In this document: positions 48,706 to 60,695 of the stretch, piece by piece
Position numbering within the stretch: the stretch's first letter is position 1
How the letters are laid out: the number at the start of each line of letters is the position of its first letter
Assembly (NCBI GenBank): GCA_002269645.1
Contig: NIVC01000176.1
Location: 558,001-622,000 of the forward strand
Origin: Macrostomum lignano
Lineage: Eukaryota
Direction of reading: 5' to 3'
Length of the DNA: 64,000 bases
Translations under genes and position numbers: made by a program
Notes under the pieces: model-generated
Told to the model about the DNA's origin: nothing
Seen by the model: only the letters and a program-made list of their open reading frames with translations
The model's database searches: none

Positions 48706-48879
48706 GCAAAAAGTTTTTTTTACAAATCGAGTTAGATCAATACAGGTAGGATTTACAAAATCAAACGAGGAATGAGATCGAGTGCTAAGGAGGATCATCT
48801 CTAAAGTAGGTGGCACTGGCATCTAACATCAGAGATAGATTTAAGACTCAAAGGTAAGAATTAGGATGACGTCATGAGT

Positions 48880-51010
48880 GAGATTTTTAATAACTGAAAG
48901 GTGAGACTTAGAAGATCTACACGTAAGGATGACATTTAGAATCTCAAACTTGACCTCCAAGGCGAGATTCAGGATGACATCAAAGGTGAGATTCAGGATG
49001 ACCTCCAATCAAAGGTGTGATTCAGGATAATCTCCAAGGTGAGATTCAGGATGTCCTCCAAGGTGAAATTCAGCTGATGACCTTCAAGGTGAGATTCAGG
49101 ATGACCTCAAAGGTGAGATTCAGGATGACCTCAAAGGTGAGATTCAGGATGACCTCAAAGGTAAGATTCAGCTGATGACCTCCAAGGTAGTATTCAGGAT
49201 GACCTCCAAGGTGAGACTCAGGATGACCTCCAAGAAGAGATTCAGGGTGACCCCCAATCCAAGGTGAGATTCAGGATGACCTCAAAGGTGAGATTCAGGA
49301 TGACCTCAAAGGTGAGATTCAGCTGATGACCTCCAAGGTAGTATTCAGGATGACCTCCAAGGTGAGACTCAGGATGACCTCCAAGAAGAGATTCAGGGTG
49401 ACCCCAATCCAAGGTGAGATTCAGGATGACCTCAAAGGTGAGATTCAGGATGACCTCAAAGGTGAGATTCAGGATGACCTCAAAGGTGAGATTCAGGATG
49501 ACCTCAAAGGTGAGATTCGGGATGACCTCAAAGGTGAGATTCAGCTGATGACCTCCAAGGTAGTATTCAGGATGACCTTCAAGGTGAGACTCAGGATGAC
49601 CTCCAAGAAGAGATTCAGGGTGACCCTAAATCCAAGGTGAGATTCAGGATGACCTCCAATCAAAGGTGTGATTCAGGATAATCTCCAAGGTGAGATTCAG
49701 GATGTCCTCCAAGGTGAAATTCAGCTGATGACCTTCAAGGTGAGATTCAGGATGACCTCAAAGGTGAGATTCAGGATGACCTCAAAGGTGAGATTCAGGA
49801 TGACCTCAAAGGTAAGATTCAGCTGATGACCTCCAAGGTAGTATTCAGGATGACCTCCAAGGTGAGACTCAGGATGACCTCCAAGAAGAGATTCAGGGTG
49901 ACCCCCAATCCAAGGTGAGATTCAGGATGACCTCAAAGGTGAGATTCAGGATGACCTCAAAGGTGAGATTCAGCTGATGACCTCCAAGGTAGTATTCAGG
50001 ATGACCTCCAAGGTGAGACTCAGGATGACCTCCAAGAAGAGATTCAGGGTGACCCCCAATCCAAGGTGAGATTCAGGATGACCTCAAAGGTGAGATTCAG
50101 GATGACCTCAAAGGTGAGATTCAGGATGACCTCAAAGGTGAGATTCAGGATGACCTCAAAGGTGAGATTCGGGATGACCTCAAAGGTGAGATTCAGCTGA
50201 TGACCTCCAAGGTAGTATTCAGGATGACCTTCAAGGTGAGACTCAGGATGAACTCCAAGAAGAGATTCAGGGTGACCCCCAATCCAAGGTGAGATTCAGG
50301 ATGACCTCAAAGGTGAGATTCAGGATGACCTCAAAGGTGAGATTCAGGATGACCTCAAAGGTGAGATTCAGGATGACCTCAAAGGTGAGATTTAGCTGAT
50401 GACCTCCAAGGTAGTATTCAGGATGACCTCCAAGAAGAGATTCAGGGTGACCCCCAATCCAAGGTGAGATTCAGGATGACCTCAAAGGTGAGATTCAGGA
50501 TGACCTCAAAGGTGAGATTCAGGATGACCTCAAAGGTGAGATTCAGGATGACCTCAAAGGTGAGATTCAGGATGACATCAAAGGTGAGATTCAGGATGAC
50601 ATCAAAGGTGAGATTCAGGATTATATCAAAGGTGAGATTCAGGATGACATCAAAGGTGAGATTCAGGATGACATCAAAGGTGAGATTCAGGATGACATCA
50701 AAGGTGAGATTCAGGATGACATCAAAGGTGAGATTCAGGATGACATCAAAGGTGAGATTCAGGATGACATCAAAGGTGAGATTCAGGATGACATCAAAGG
50801 TGAGATTCAGGATGACCTCCAAGGTGAGATACAGAATGACCTCCAATCCAAAGTGAGATTCAGGATGACCTCCAAGGTGAGATACAGAATGACCTCCAAT
50901 CCAAGGTGAGATTCAGGATGACTTCAAAGGTGAGATTCAGCTGATGACCTCCAAGGTAGTATTCAGGATGACCTCCAAGGTGAGATTCAGGATGACACCA
51001 AAATGAGATT
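48880..51010. repeat. 24-bp AAGGTGAGATTCAGGATGACCTCA satellite with higher-order structure, between RCBTB1 and PRKRIP1
   Basis: Direct reading; variant cassettes recur and a diagnostic block repeats 651 bp apart. Confidence 0.97.
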
Positions 51011-51599
51011 CAGGTTTTCTCCTTCAAAGAGAGATTCAGAATAACATTAAGATTGCTTTTCTAGATGACATCAATGATGAATATTATGATACATCTACAT
51101 CTGATACTTCAAGATATCCTTCTTGAAGTATGTAGAATATCTATCTAGGAAAGAAAACCAATGTCTTTGTTTCTGTAAATCACTAGATTCGTTCAGTATT
51201 CGGTTATAATTTTATAGGTCACGTGGGTTCAATAGTAAGCACGCAAAATATTGAAATCAAAAGAATAACCAAAACTGACTGTAAAGTAAAAAAAATTACA
51301 AGCATTGATCTTCTAGAGGCGACTGCTGTTATCAGGAAAAAGACGGCAGAACAAAAATTGTAAAAAGAGTTGCCGCGTTTCAACTGACTACCTACTAAGT
51401 AGCAGGCAAGGAAAATTTGCGCATTAATACGTGTAAAAAATAAAAAGGCAGCACTTTATTTAAAGAATGATTTTACACTTTCTCAAATATTGTAAAAAAT
51501 GCACACGAGTTTCTGGTGGCAGACAGTCTTAATTGCAATTTGTCTATTCTGTCTCTATCATTATGGTTGATTAGCTGAAGCCAGTTCAATCCAAGCTCG

Positions 51600-54500
51600 T
51601 CAATATTTGAAAGCGCCTGCGGCGGCCGCCTGCCGCAGGAAGGAGCGCAGAGTGGCCTCGTCGAGTTCGTCGAAGGCCTCGGTGGACACGACTCGAGTCA
51701 GATGGTGGATGGCGAATTCGAAGCAGAACTTTTGAAGCTCCTGTCAAATAGTACCGATAATTTTAATAGGTTATTTCGAAAGCGGCATATCAAATCTACT
51801 AAGAGTAGTAAGCATAAAAATTGAAAAATAATTTTAGAGACGTTGTCACAGAAACTTAAAAAGTCTTTCAAAAATCGTATGTCCACAATCCACAAACTCC
51901 ACAATCCACAAACTCCACAATCTACAAACTCCACAATCCACAAACTCCACAATCTACAAACTCCACACTCTACAAACTCCACAATCTACAAACTCCACAA
52001 TCCAGAAACTCCACAATCCACAAACTCCACAATCCACAAACTCCACAATCAACGAACTCCACAATCCACAAACTCCACAATCAACGAACTCCACAATCCA
52101 CAAACTCCACACTCCACAAACTCCACAATCCACAAACTCCACACTCCACAAACTCCACAATCCACAAACTCCACAATCCACAAACTCCACATTCCACAAA
52201 CTTCACAATCCACAAACTTCACAATCCACAAACTCCACAATCCACAAACTCCACAATCCACAAACTCCACAATCCACAAACTCCACAATCCACAAACTCC
52301 ACAATCCACAAACTCCACAATCCACAAACTCCACAATCCACAAACTCCACAATCCACAAACTCCACAATCCACAAACTCCACAATCTACAAACTCCACAA
52401 TCCACAAACTCCACAATCCACAAACTCCACAAACTTCACAATCCACAAACTCCACAAACTCCACAATCTACAAACTTCACAATCCACAAACTCCACAATC
52501 AACAAACTCCACAATCAACAAACTCCACAATCAACAAACTCCACAATCCACAAACTCCACAAACTCCACAATCCACAAACTCCACAATCCACAAACTCCA
52601 CAATCTACAAACTCCACAAACTCCACAATCCACAAACTCCACAATCAACAGACTCCACAATCCACAAACTCCACAATCCACAAACTCCACAATCCACAAA
52701 CTCCACAATCTACAAACTTCACAATATACAAACTCCACAATCCACAACCCCCACAATTCCCAATTAAATATCAGTAATCAATTTTAATTAAAAAAACCGA
52801 TTGACACTCTACTGAAAGTAGACAATGAAATGTTTGGTTGGATTTCTGTAAAAACCACAGCTAAACTTACCGAAGCGGAGAATTTTACAGCAGCTAAATA
52901 AAGCATCATGGCGTTGTCAATGGTGATGCTGTTTTTAATTAGCCTCTCGCAATGCGCTTTTAGTGGAGCTTCGCAATAGCAGTTGGCCAAATCCAACAGG
53001 CTGATGGCCTCTTCCGGGGACAGATTCACGTTGTCTGTGTACAGGAATTCCAGGAAGGCCCAATATACTGGGTAGGAGAAGTCGCGAATCGCAATCTGCG
53101 ATGCAATTTGGGATGGTGCAGTGGCCGTTAGGAAATTCATGACTAATTATTAGCGAAATAAGTAGTGACGACTGAAGTTTGTCTCTTGCTCATTCCGCTC
53201 TTTTCTCTATACTCTCTACTGTCTGTTCTCTACTCTCTACTGTCTGTTCTCTACTCTCTGTCTGTTCTCTACTCTCTGTCTGTTCTCTACTCTCTGTCTG
53301 TTCTCTACTCTCTACTGTCTGTTCTCTACTCTCTACTGTCTGTTCTCTACTCTCTGTCTGTTCTCTACTCTCTGCTGTCTGTTCTCTACTCTCTGTCTGT
53401 TCTCTACTCTCTACTGTCTGTTCTCTACTCTCTACTGTCTGTTCTCTACTCTCTGTCTGTTCTCTACTGTCTACTGTCTGTTCTCTACTCTCTACTGTCT
53501 GTTCTCTACTCTCTGTCTGTTCTCTACTCTCTACTGTCTCTTCTCTACTCTCTACTGTCTCTTCTCTACTCTCTGTCTGTTCTCTACTCTCTACTGTCTG
53601 TTCTCTACTCTCTGTCTGTTCTCTACTCTCTACTGTCTCTTCTCTACTCTCTACTGTCTGTTCTCTACTCTCTGTCTGTTCTCTACTCTCTACTGTCTGT
53701 TCTCTACTCTCTGTCTGTTCTCTACTCTCTACTGTCTGTTCTCTACTCTCTGTCTGTTCTCTACTCTCTACTGTCTGTTCTCTACTCTCTACTGTCTGTT
53801 CTCTACTCTCTGTCTGTTCTCTACTCTCTACTGTCTGTTCTCTACTCTCTGTCTGTTCTCTACTCTCTACTGTCTGTTCTCTACTCTCTACTGTCTGTTC
53901 TCTACTCTCTGTCTGTTCTCTACTCTCTACTGTCTGTTCTCTACTCTCTGTCTGTTCTCTACTCTCTGTCTGTTCTCTACTCTCTGTCTGTTCTCTACTC
54001 TCTGTCTGTTCTCTACTCTCTACTGTCTGTTCTCTACTCTCTGTCTGTTCTCTACTCTCTGTCTGTTCTCTACTCTCTGTCTGTTCTCTACTCTCTGTCT
54101 GTTCTCTACTCTCTGTCTGTTCTCTACTCTCTGTCTGTTCTCTACTCTCTGTCTGTTCTCTACTCTCTGTCTGTTCTCTACTCTCTACTGTCTGTTCTCT
54201 ACTCTCTACTGTCTGTTCTCTACTCTCTGTCTGTTCTCTACTCTCTGCTGTCTGTTCTCTACTCTCTGTCTGTTCTCTACTCTCTACTGTCTGTTCTCTA
54301 CTCTCTACTGTCTGTTCTCTACTCTCTGTCTGTTCTCTACTGTCTACTGTCTGTTCTCTACTCTCTACTGTCTGTTCTCTACTCTCTGTCTGTTCTCTAC
54401 TCTCTACTGTCTCTTCTCTACTCTCTACTGTCTCTTCTCTACTCTCTGTCTGTTCTCTACTCTCTACTGTCTGTTCTCTACTCTCTGTCTGTTCTCTACT

Positions 54501-57500
54501 CTCTACTGTCTCTTCTCTACTCTCTACTGTCTGTTCTCTACTCTCTGTCTGTTCTCTACTCTCTACTGTCTGTTCTCTACTCTCTGTCTGTTCTCTACTC
54601 TCTACTGTCTGTTCTCTACTCTCTACTGTCTGTTCTCTACTCTCTACTGTCTGTTCTCTACTCTCTACTGTCTGTTCTCTACTCTCTACTGTCTGTTCTC
54701 TACTCTCTGTCTGTTCTCTACTCTCTACTGTCTGTTCTCTACTCTCTGTCTGTTCTCTACTCTCTACTGTCTGTTCTCTACTCTCTACTGTCTGTTCTCT
54801 ACTCTCTACTGTCTGTTCTCTACTCTCTGTCTGTTCTCTACTCTCTACTGTCTGTTCTCTACTCTCTACTGTCTGTTCTCTACTCTCTACTGTCTGTTCT
54901 CTACTCTCTGTCTGTTCTCTACTCTCTACTGTCTGTTCTCTACTCTCTACTGTCTGTTCTCTACTCTCTACTGTCTGTTCTCTACTCTCTACTGTCTCTT
55001 CTCTACTCTCTACTGTCTCTTCTCTAGTCTCCACTGTCTCTTCTCTAGTCTCCACTGTCTCTTCTCTACTCTCTACTGTCTCTTCTCTACTCTCTACTGT
55101 CTCTTCTCTACTCTCTACTGTCTCTTCTCTACTCTCTACTGTCTCTTCTCTACTCTATACTTTCTCTTCTCTACTCTCTCCGCCCCAAAAAACGGCATTT
55201 CTCACCACGCCCGCCGACTGTGTCTGGTTCCAATTCTCGTTGAACATGGTGCGAAAATGGTCGCACCGGATTCGCAGAATGCTCTTGTGCGCGTGGATCA
55301 GCTTGCCGTCCACTTGGAAAGTTACGTCGCTAGTAGCGGAATCGTTGAATGCCAACTGAATGCTCTGCGCTATGCTGACGGTGTAGTTTGGCTCTGGAAG
55401 CAGAATTTACGGGCGATAGTCAGAGCTTTCATACAGGCAGATTAGCATCCCTGTTCAGGGCGGATTAAAACTAAAATTATCTTCGATGGATCTGAAGCAA
55501 AGTTCGCAGGCGGATTAGCGGCGAATCTCAGGGATTAATGACGAATCTCAGGGGAGGGATTAGCAACGAATCTCAGGGAGGGATTAGCGGCGGATCTTGG
55601 GGAGGGATTAACAACGAATCTCAGGGAGGGATTAATGACGAATCTCAGGGTGTGATTAGCGGCGAATATCAGGGAGGGATTAGCGGCGAATCTCAGGGAG
55701 GGAGTAGCGGCGAATCTCAGAGTGGGAGTAGCGGCGAATCTCAGGGAGGGAGTAGCGGCGAATCTCAGGGAGGGAGTAGCGGCGAATCTCAGAGTGGGAG
55801 TAGCGGCGAATCTCAGGGAGGGATTAATGACGAATCGCAGGGTGTGATTAGCGGCGAATCTCAGGGAGGGATTAATGACGAATCTCAGGGTTTGATTAGC
55901 GGCGAATCTCAGGGAGGGAGTAGCGGCGAATCTCAGAGTGGGAGTAGCGGCGAATCTCAGGGAGGGAGTAGCGGCGAATCTCAGGGAGGGAGTAGCGGCG
56001 AATCTCAGAGTGGGAGTAGCGGCGAATCTCAGGGAGGGAGTAGCGGCGAATCTCAGGGAGGGAGTAGCGGCGAATCTCAGAGTGGGAGTAGCGGCGAATC
56101 TCAGGGAGGGAGTAGCGGCGAATCTCAGGGAGGGAGTAGCGGCGAATCTCAGAGTGGGAGTAGCGGCGAATCTCAGGGAGGGATTAATGACGAATCTCAG
56201 GGTGTGATTAGCGGCGAATCTCAGGGAGGGAGTAGCGGCGAATCTCAGGGAGGGAGTAGCGGCGAATCTCAGAGTGGGAGTAGCGGCGAATCTCAGGGAG
56301 GGAGTAGCGGCGAATCTCAGGGAGGGAGTAGCGGCGAATCTCAGAGTGGGAGTAGCGGCGAATCTCAGGGAGGGATTAATGACGAATCTCAGGGTGTGAT
56401 TAGCGGCGAATATCAGGGAGGAATTAGCGGCGAATCTCAGGGAGGGATTAATGACGAATCTCAGGGTTTGATTAGCGGCGAATATCAGGGAGGGAGTAGC
56501 GGCGAATCTCAGGGAGGGAGTAGCGGCAAATCTCAGGGAGGGATTAATGACGAATCTCAGGGTGTGATTAGCGGCGAATATCAGGGTGGGAGTAGCGGCG
56601 AATCTCAGGGAGGGATTAATGACGAATCTCAGGGTGTGATTAGCGACGAATCTCAGGGAGGGGTTAATGACGAATCTCAGGGTGTGATTAGCGACGAATC
56701 TCAGGGAGGGATTAATTACGAATCTCAGGGTGTGATTAGCGACGAATCTCAGGGAGGAATTAATGACGAATCTCAGGGTGGGATTAGCGGCGAATCTCAG
56801 GGGAGGGATTAGCAACGAATCTCAGGGAGGGATTAGCGGCGGATCATGGGGAGGGATTAACGACGAATCTCAGGGAGGGATTAACGACGAATCTCAGGGA
56901 GGGATTAATGGCGAATCTCAGAGTGGGAGTAGCGGCGAATCAGAACGATATTGAACGATTTCACCTACACAGTGTACAACACACACAAACTTACTAAAGT
57001 CCAAACGTTTGCACGTGACCGGCGGATGCGACATGCAGGCGAACACATCGTTGACGCTGAGGAATCTGGTTACTATGGGAGCGGAGACCGGCTGGCCCCG
57101 GCAGAGACCCCAGGCCAGCACTAATCCGGTCTCGGTCACGCCAGCCGAAGTGTGACTATAGTGTATAGCGCCAATATCAATAAATCTGCCGCGCTGTTGC
57201 AGCACTCGGATCGGCGTGAACGCGTTATTGCCGTTATTGTTGGAGCCGCCGCTGCTGCCGCCTCCGCAGCCGCCGCCGCCGCCGCCTCCTCCGCTACCGC
57301 TATCGCCATTCGACCGGCAGTCCAAGCGGCCCAACTGGCCGAACGAATTCGCGCCCCAGGCCCATAATTCGCCTTCGTCCGTGAGCGCCAGCACGTGACT
57401 CTGGCCGCAGGCTAAACTGTCGATAAATCGACGCTCAAGCGACGTCAATCGGACTGGCACGTTCTGATTAGCGCCGCTCGCGCCGCCGATGCCTAGCTGG

Positions 57501-59028
57501 CCGTGCTTGTTGCAGCCCCAGGAGAACACTTCGCCGGCGACGCTGACGGCGAACGAAGCGGATTGACAGGCGCCGACGCGGCGAATTCGACGATTCGTTA
57601 GCGGCCCGGCGAGGCGCCTTGGCGAAGGCTGGTTGACTGTGGTGCCCAAGCCCACCTGCGGGGGGGGGGGCGATTAGACTAGACTAAGAGATGAGACAGG
57701 AGAGCGGGTTACTGTATACAGAAGAAAAAAGGAAACTCGCTTTGGATTATCAAATGTATTTTCCTTCCGCATCTTGTTTCTAGGGCTCTAGGAGAAAGGA
57801 GATAAGCCAGAAGAAAGAGAGGAGATTAGCCAGGAGAGAGAGAGGAGATTAGCCAGGAGAGAGAGAGGAGATTAGCCAGGAGAGAGAGGAGATTAGCCAG
57901 GAGAGAGAGAGAGGAGATTAGCCAGGAGAGAGAGAGGAGATTAGCCAGTAGAGAGAGAGAGGAGATTAGCCGGGAGAGAGAGAGGAGATTAGCCAGGAGA
58001 GAGAGAGGAGATTAGCCAGGAGAGAGAGGAGATTAGCCAGGAGAGAGAGGAGATTAGCCAGGAGAGAGAGAGGAGATTAGCCAGGAGAGAGAGGAGATTA
58101 GCCAGGGGAGAGAGAGAGAAGATTAGCCAGCGAAAAGAATTTCCCTCACCTGTCCGCAGTTGTTGCAGCCCCAAGCGTAGACCTCGCCGTCCTGTGTTAG
58201 CGCCAAGGAATGACTGGCGCCGCAGGCGATGCTGCACACCTTGAGCAGGCTGGACAGGGTTGGCTGCAGCAGTTGATTAGTATTGCCGTTGCCTAGTTGG
58301 CAATGACTATTGCTGCCCCAGGTGTATAGATCTCCGCTGTCAGTCAGGGCCAGGAGGTGCGGCCCGCTGCCGCTGGCCAATTCAACTACCCGACAGCCGC
58401 ACAGGGCGTCAAGTTGAACGGCCAGGCCGCCAGGGACATTCAGGTGCGCTTCGGAGATTATGCCGGGGCCTAGAGAGATTAGAGATTAGAGTACAGTGTA
58501 GAGAGATTACTATAGATATTGATATACTTTCGCGTAGCAACTACTTAAATTAGCTAATATTGTATTAGTGAAGCATCAGATATATTTGATTTGCGGTCAA
58601 TCAATTGTTGATAAATCAGCATTACGTCCCGAATTTATTCATCACAATAAGAAGGGAGGAGGGAATGGAGACAGGATGGAGGGTAAGGGAGAAAAAGAGG
58701 GTGGAGATTAGGGGAGAGAGGGGGGCACAGAGGGGACACATGAGAGGGGGTCACAGGGAGAGAGGGGGGCACATAGATGGACACAGGGAGAGAGGGGATA
58801 CAACAAAAGTACACACTAACCCGCGGTCCCGTTGCCGATGCAATAGACGCAATCGTCCCCAGTAACTAACACAGCCTCGTTGCCATTGGCTCCGTAGACA
58901 AAAGCGAAGGCAACCCGGTTGAGCAGTTCAGCGTCCAGTAGGCTAAACAGGCCCCAGCGGTCAAGCATCGATTGGGTTATCGAGCCGATGTCACCGACTA
59001 AGGGTGCGACGCTTGGAGACTCCGACAT
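51600..59028 (-). CDS. RCBTB1: RCC1 and BTB domain-containing protein (RCBTB1/2-like), complement(join(51600..51740,52871..53095,55206..55393,56995..57655,58150..58469,58821..59028)), 580 aa
   Basis: N-terminal MLDRWGLFSLL..GANGNEAVLVTGDD, RCC1 repeats (HLLALTDSGDLYTWGSNSHCQLG, VYAWGCNNCGQVG), BTB domain (SDVTFQVDGKLIHAHKSILRIRCDHFRTMF, FLEFLYTD) and C-terminal GAFKY. Phases are consistent. Confidence 0.93.
51885..52755. repeat. 16-bp CCACAATCCACAAACT array in RCBTB1 intron 5
   Basis: Direct reading. Confidence 0.97.
53200..55180. repeat. Mixed 18/21-bp CTCT(ACT)GTCTGTTCTCTACT array in RCBTB1 intron 4
   Basis: Direct reading; source of the 620-726-aa pseudo-ORFs. Confidence 0.97.
55515..56940. 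repeat. 24-bp GGGAGGGAGTAGCGGCGAATCTCA array in RCBTB1 intron 3
   Basis: Direct reading. Confidence 0.96.
57800..58130. repeat. 21-25-bp (GA)nGGAGATTAGCCAG array, 14 copies, in RCBTB1 intron 2
   Basis: Direct reading. Confidence 0.93.
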
Positions 59029-59199
59029 GCCGCTGCTGGTTGTAGGAGGCTGCTGCCTCTAGCTGAAGCAATTATTTTATTGATTAGCTCTTGATTAGCA
59101 GTTAATTTGATTGATTGATTGATTGATTGATTAGCAGTTAATTTATTGTGCAAAAATACTACATTTTCATCGCCATGCACTTGAGAGTTAGAGAATCTT

Positions 59200-59700
59200 G
59201 TTTCGTGTGGTAAAGCCTAGTAAAATCTTGCTTGGTGTGGTAGAGAGCCCGAAAATCTAGCACGATGTGGTGGAGAGCCCGAAAATCTTCTTTGGTGTCG
59301 TAGGAAGCCCGAAAATTCTTTGGTGCGGTAGAGAGCCCAAAAAAACTCGCTTGGTTATGTAGAGAGCCCGAAAATCTTGAGGGAACCGAAAAATCTCGCT
59401 TGGTGAGGTTGAGCCCGAAAATATAACTTGGTGTGGTAGAGAGCCCGAAAATATTGCACGATGTGGTGGAGAGCCCGAAAAATCCCCTTTGGCGTGGTAG
59501 AGAGCCCGGAAAATCTAGTTTGGTGCGTTAGAGCCTTGTTTGGTGTAGTAGGGAGCCCGAAAAATCCCCTTTGGTGTGGTAGAGAGCCCGAAAATTTTCA
59601 TTGGCGTGGTAGGGAACCGAAAAATCTCGTTTAGTGAGGTTGAGCCCGAAATCTAGCTTGGTGGGGTTGTGAGCCCCAAAATTCAATCGGGTGTTGAAGA
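59200..59700. repeat. Diverged about 30-bp GGTGTGGTAGAGAGCCCGAAAAT.. array upstream of RCBTB1
   Basis: Direct reading. Confidence 0.85.
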
Positions 59701-60259
59701 CGTTCGACATTTAATATGATGTGGTAGAGAGCCCCTAGATTCCAACTGATCTGGAAGAGAGCCCCAACATTGCTATCTGATGTGGTAGAGAGCCTCAAAA
59801 TATAGTCTGAGCCGAATGATATAGCACCAGAGTACTCGAAATGTTCAAAATCTAATGTAGGAAATGTATAGTAACATAAAATTTCGCTGTCAAAAGCAGC
59901 GAAAACCAAACACGCAAAATGGAGCTACAAAAATATGTATTTATTTACCGGTAATGGCATTCAAACTTTTAGGAGACAGTTGATCAATTCGATTAGCAAT
60001 TACAAAAATGCAAACACAAATTTCAGTTTAAACATTGTACATTTAAGACACAAAAAATTATTAATTAATTGAGCTTTGTCAGCATTAATTATTTGGACAA
60101 TGAGGGGTTGGCAAATTCGCTGCCCCGCGAAGCCTCTTAGCCCTCCTCCCGTTGAAAACGTTACCGTGACAAGAATCGCTAAAGAGTCATTGCAAACAAA
60201 TCACTAGTGACTCCAGACCGACTCTCCCGACTTTTTAACGACCCAGAGGCGACTGTTGC

Positions 60260-60596
60260 GTCGTAAAAGAGTCGCAAAAGAGTCGTCCAAGAATTGTTGT
60301 GTTGGCGCTTAACTTTCTACTAACTCAGTAGGCAATTCGAATTCAATAAGCGCCTTTTTTCTGCCACTTTTTCTAGCAACTGGAGAACGCCGCTGAGACG
60401 CCGGAGATGTGACTTTAATTCATGAAGCGACGCAAATGCGCTTTAATCGCAACTCAGTGACGATCTACAGCGACTCTGGCACACACCAAATACAACTCTA
60501 CGAACCTATTTTACGTGTGTTTACCTGCAACGACTCCGGGCGACGCAAGTGACTCTGGGAAGCTTCTTGGCCTGGTTACCCGTTCCCATCGGGCCT
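60260..60596 (-). mobile_element. Second, uninterrupted copy of the dispersed repeat at 41278-41750
   Basis: Reverse-complement similarity judged by eye; boundaries are approximate. Confidence 0.6.
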
Positions 60597-60695
60597 CTCC
60601 TCTCTTCTGGCCTTTATTCCTAGTCATGCACCGGATTGTCTATCTGGCCCCTTGAGAAAAGAAAACAAGTTTGCCAACCCCCCGATCTGGGCGCA

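Noticed and set aside
48880-51010. Repeat/variant alternation superficially like a CRISPR array (also 42480-43325 and 61255-62045)
   Set aside because: There are no unique spacers and no cas genes, the context is eukaryotic, and the units are head-to-tail tandem repeats.
53165-56815. 620-726-aa Ser/Leu-rich ORFs and a 424-aa SGESQGGS-repeat ORF resembling a biomineral or structural protein
   Set aside because: They lie within RCBTB1 introns and are translations of 18/21- and 24-bp arrays whose lengths are multiples of 3, with no unique coding flanks.
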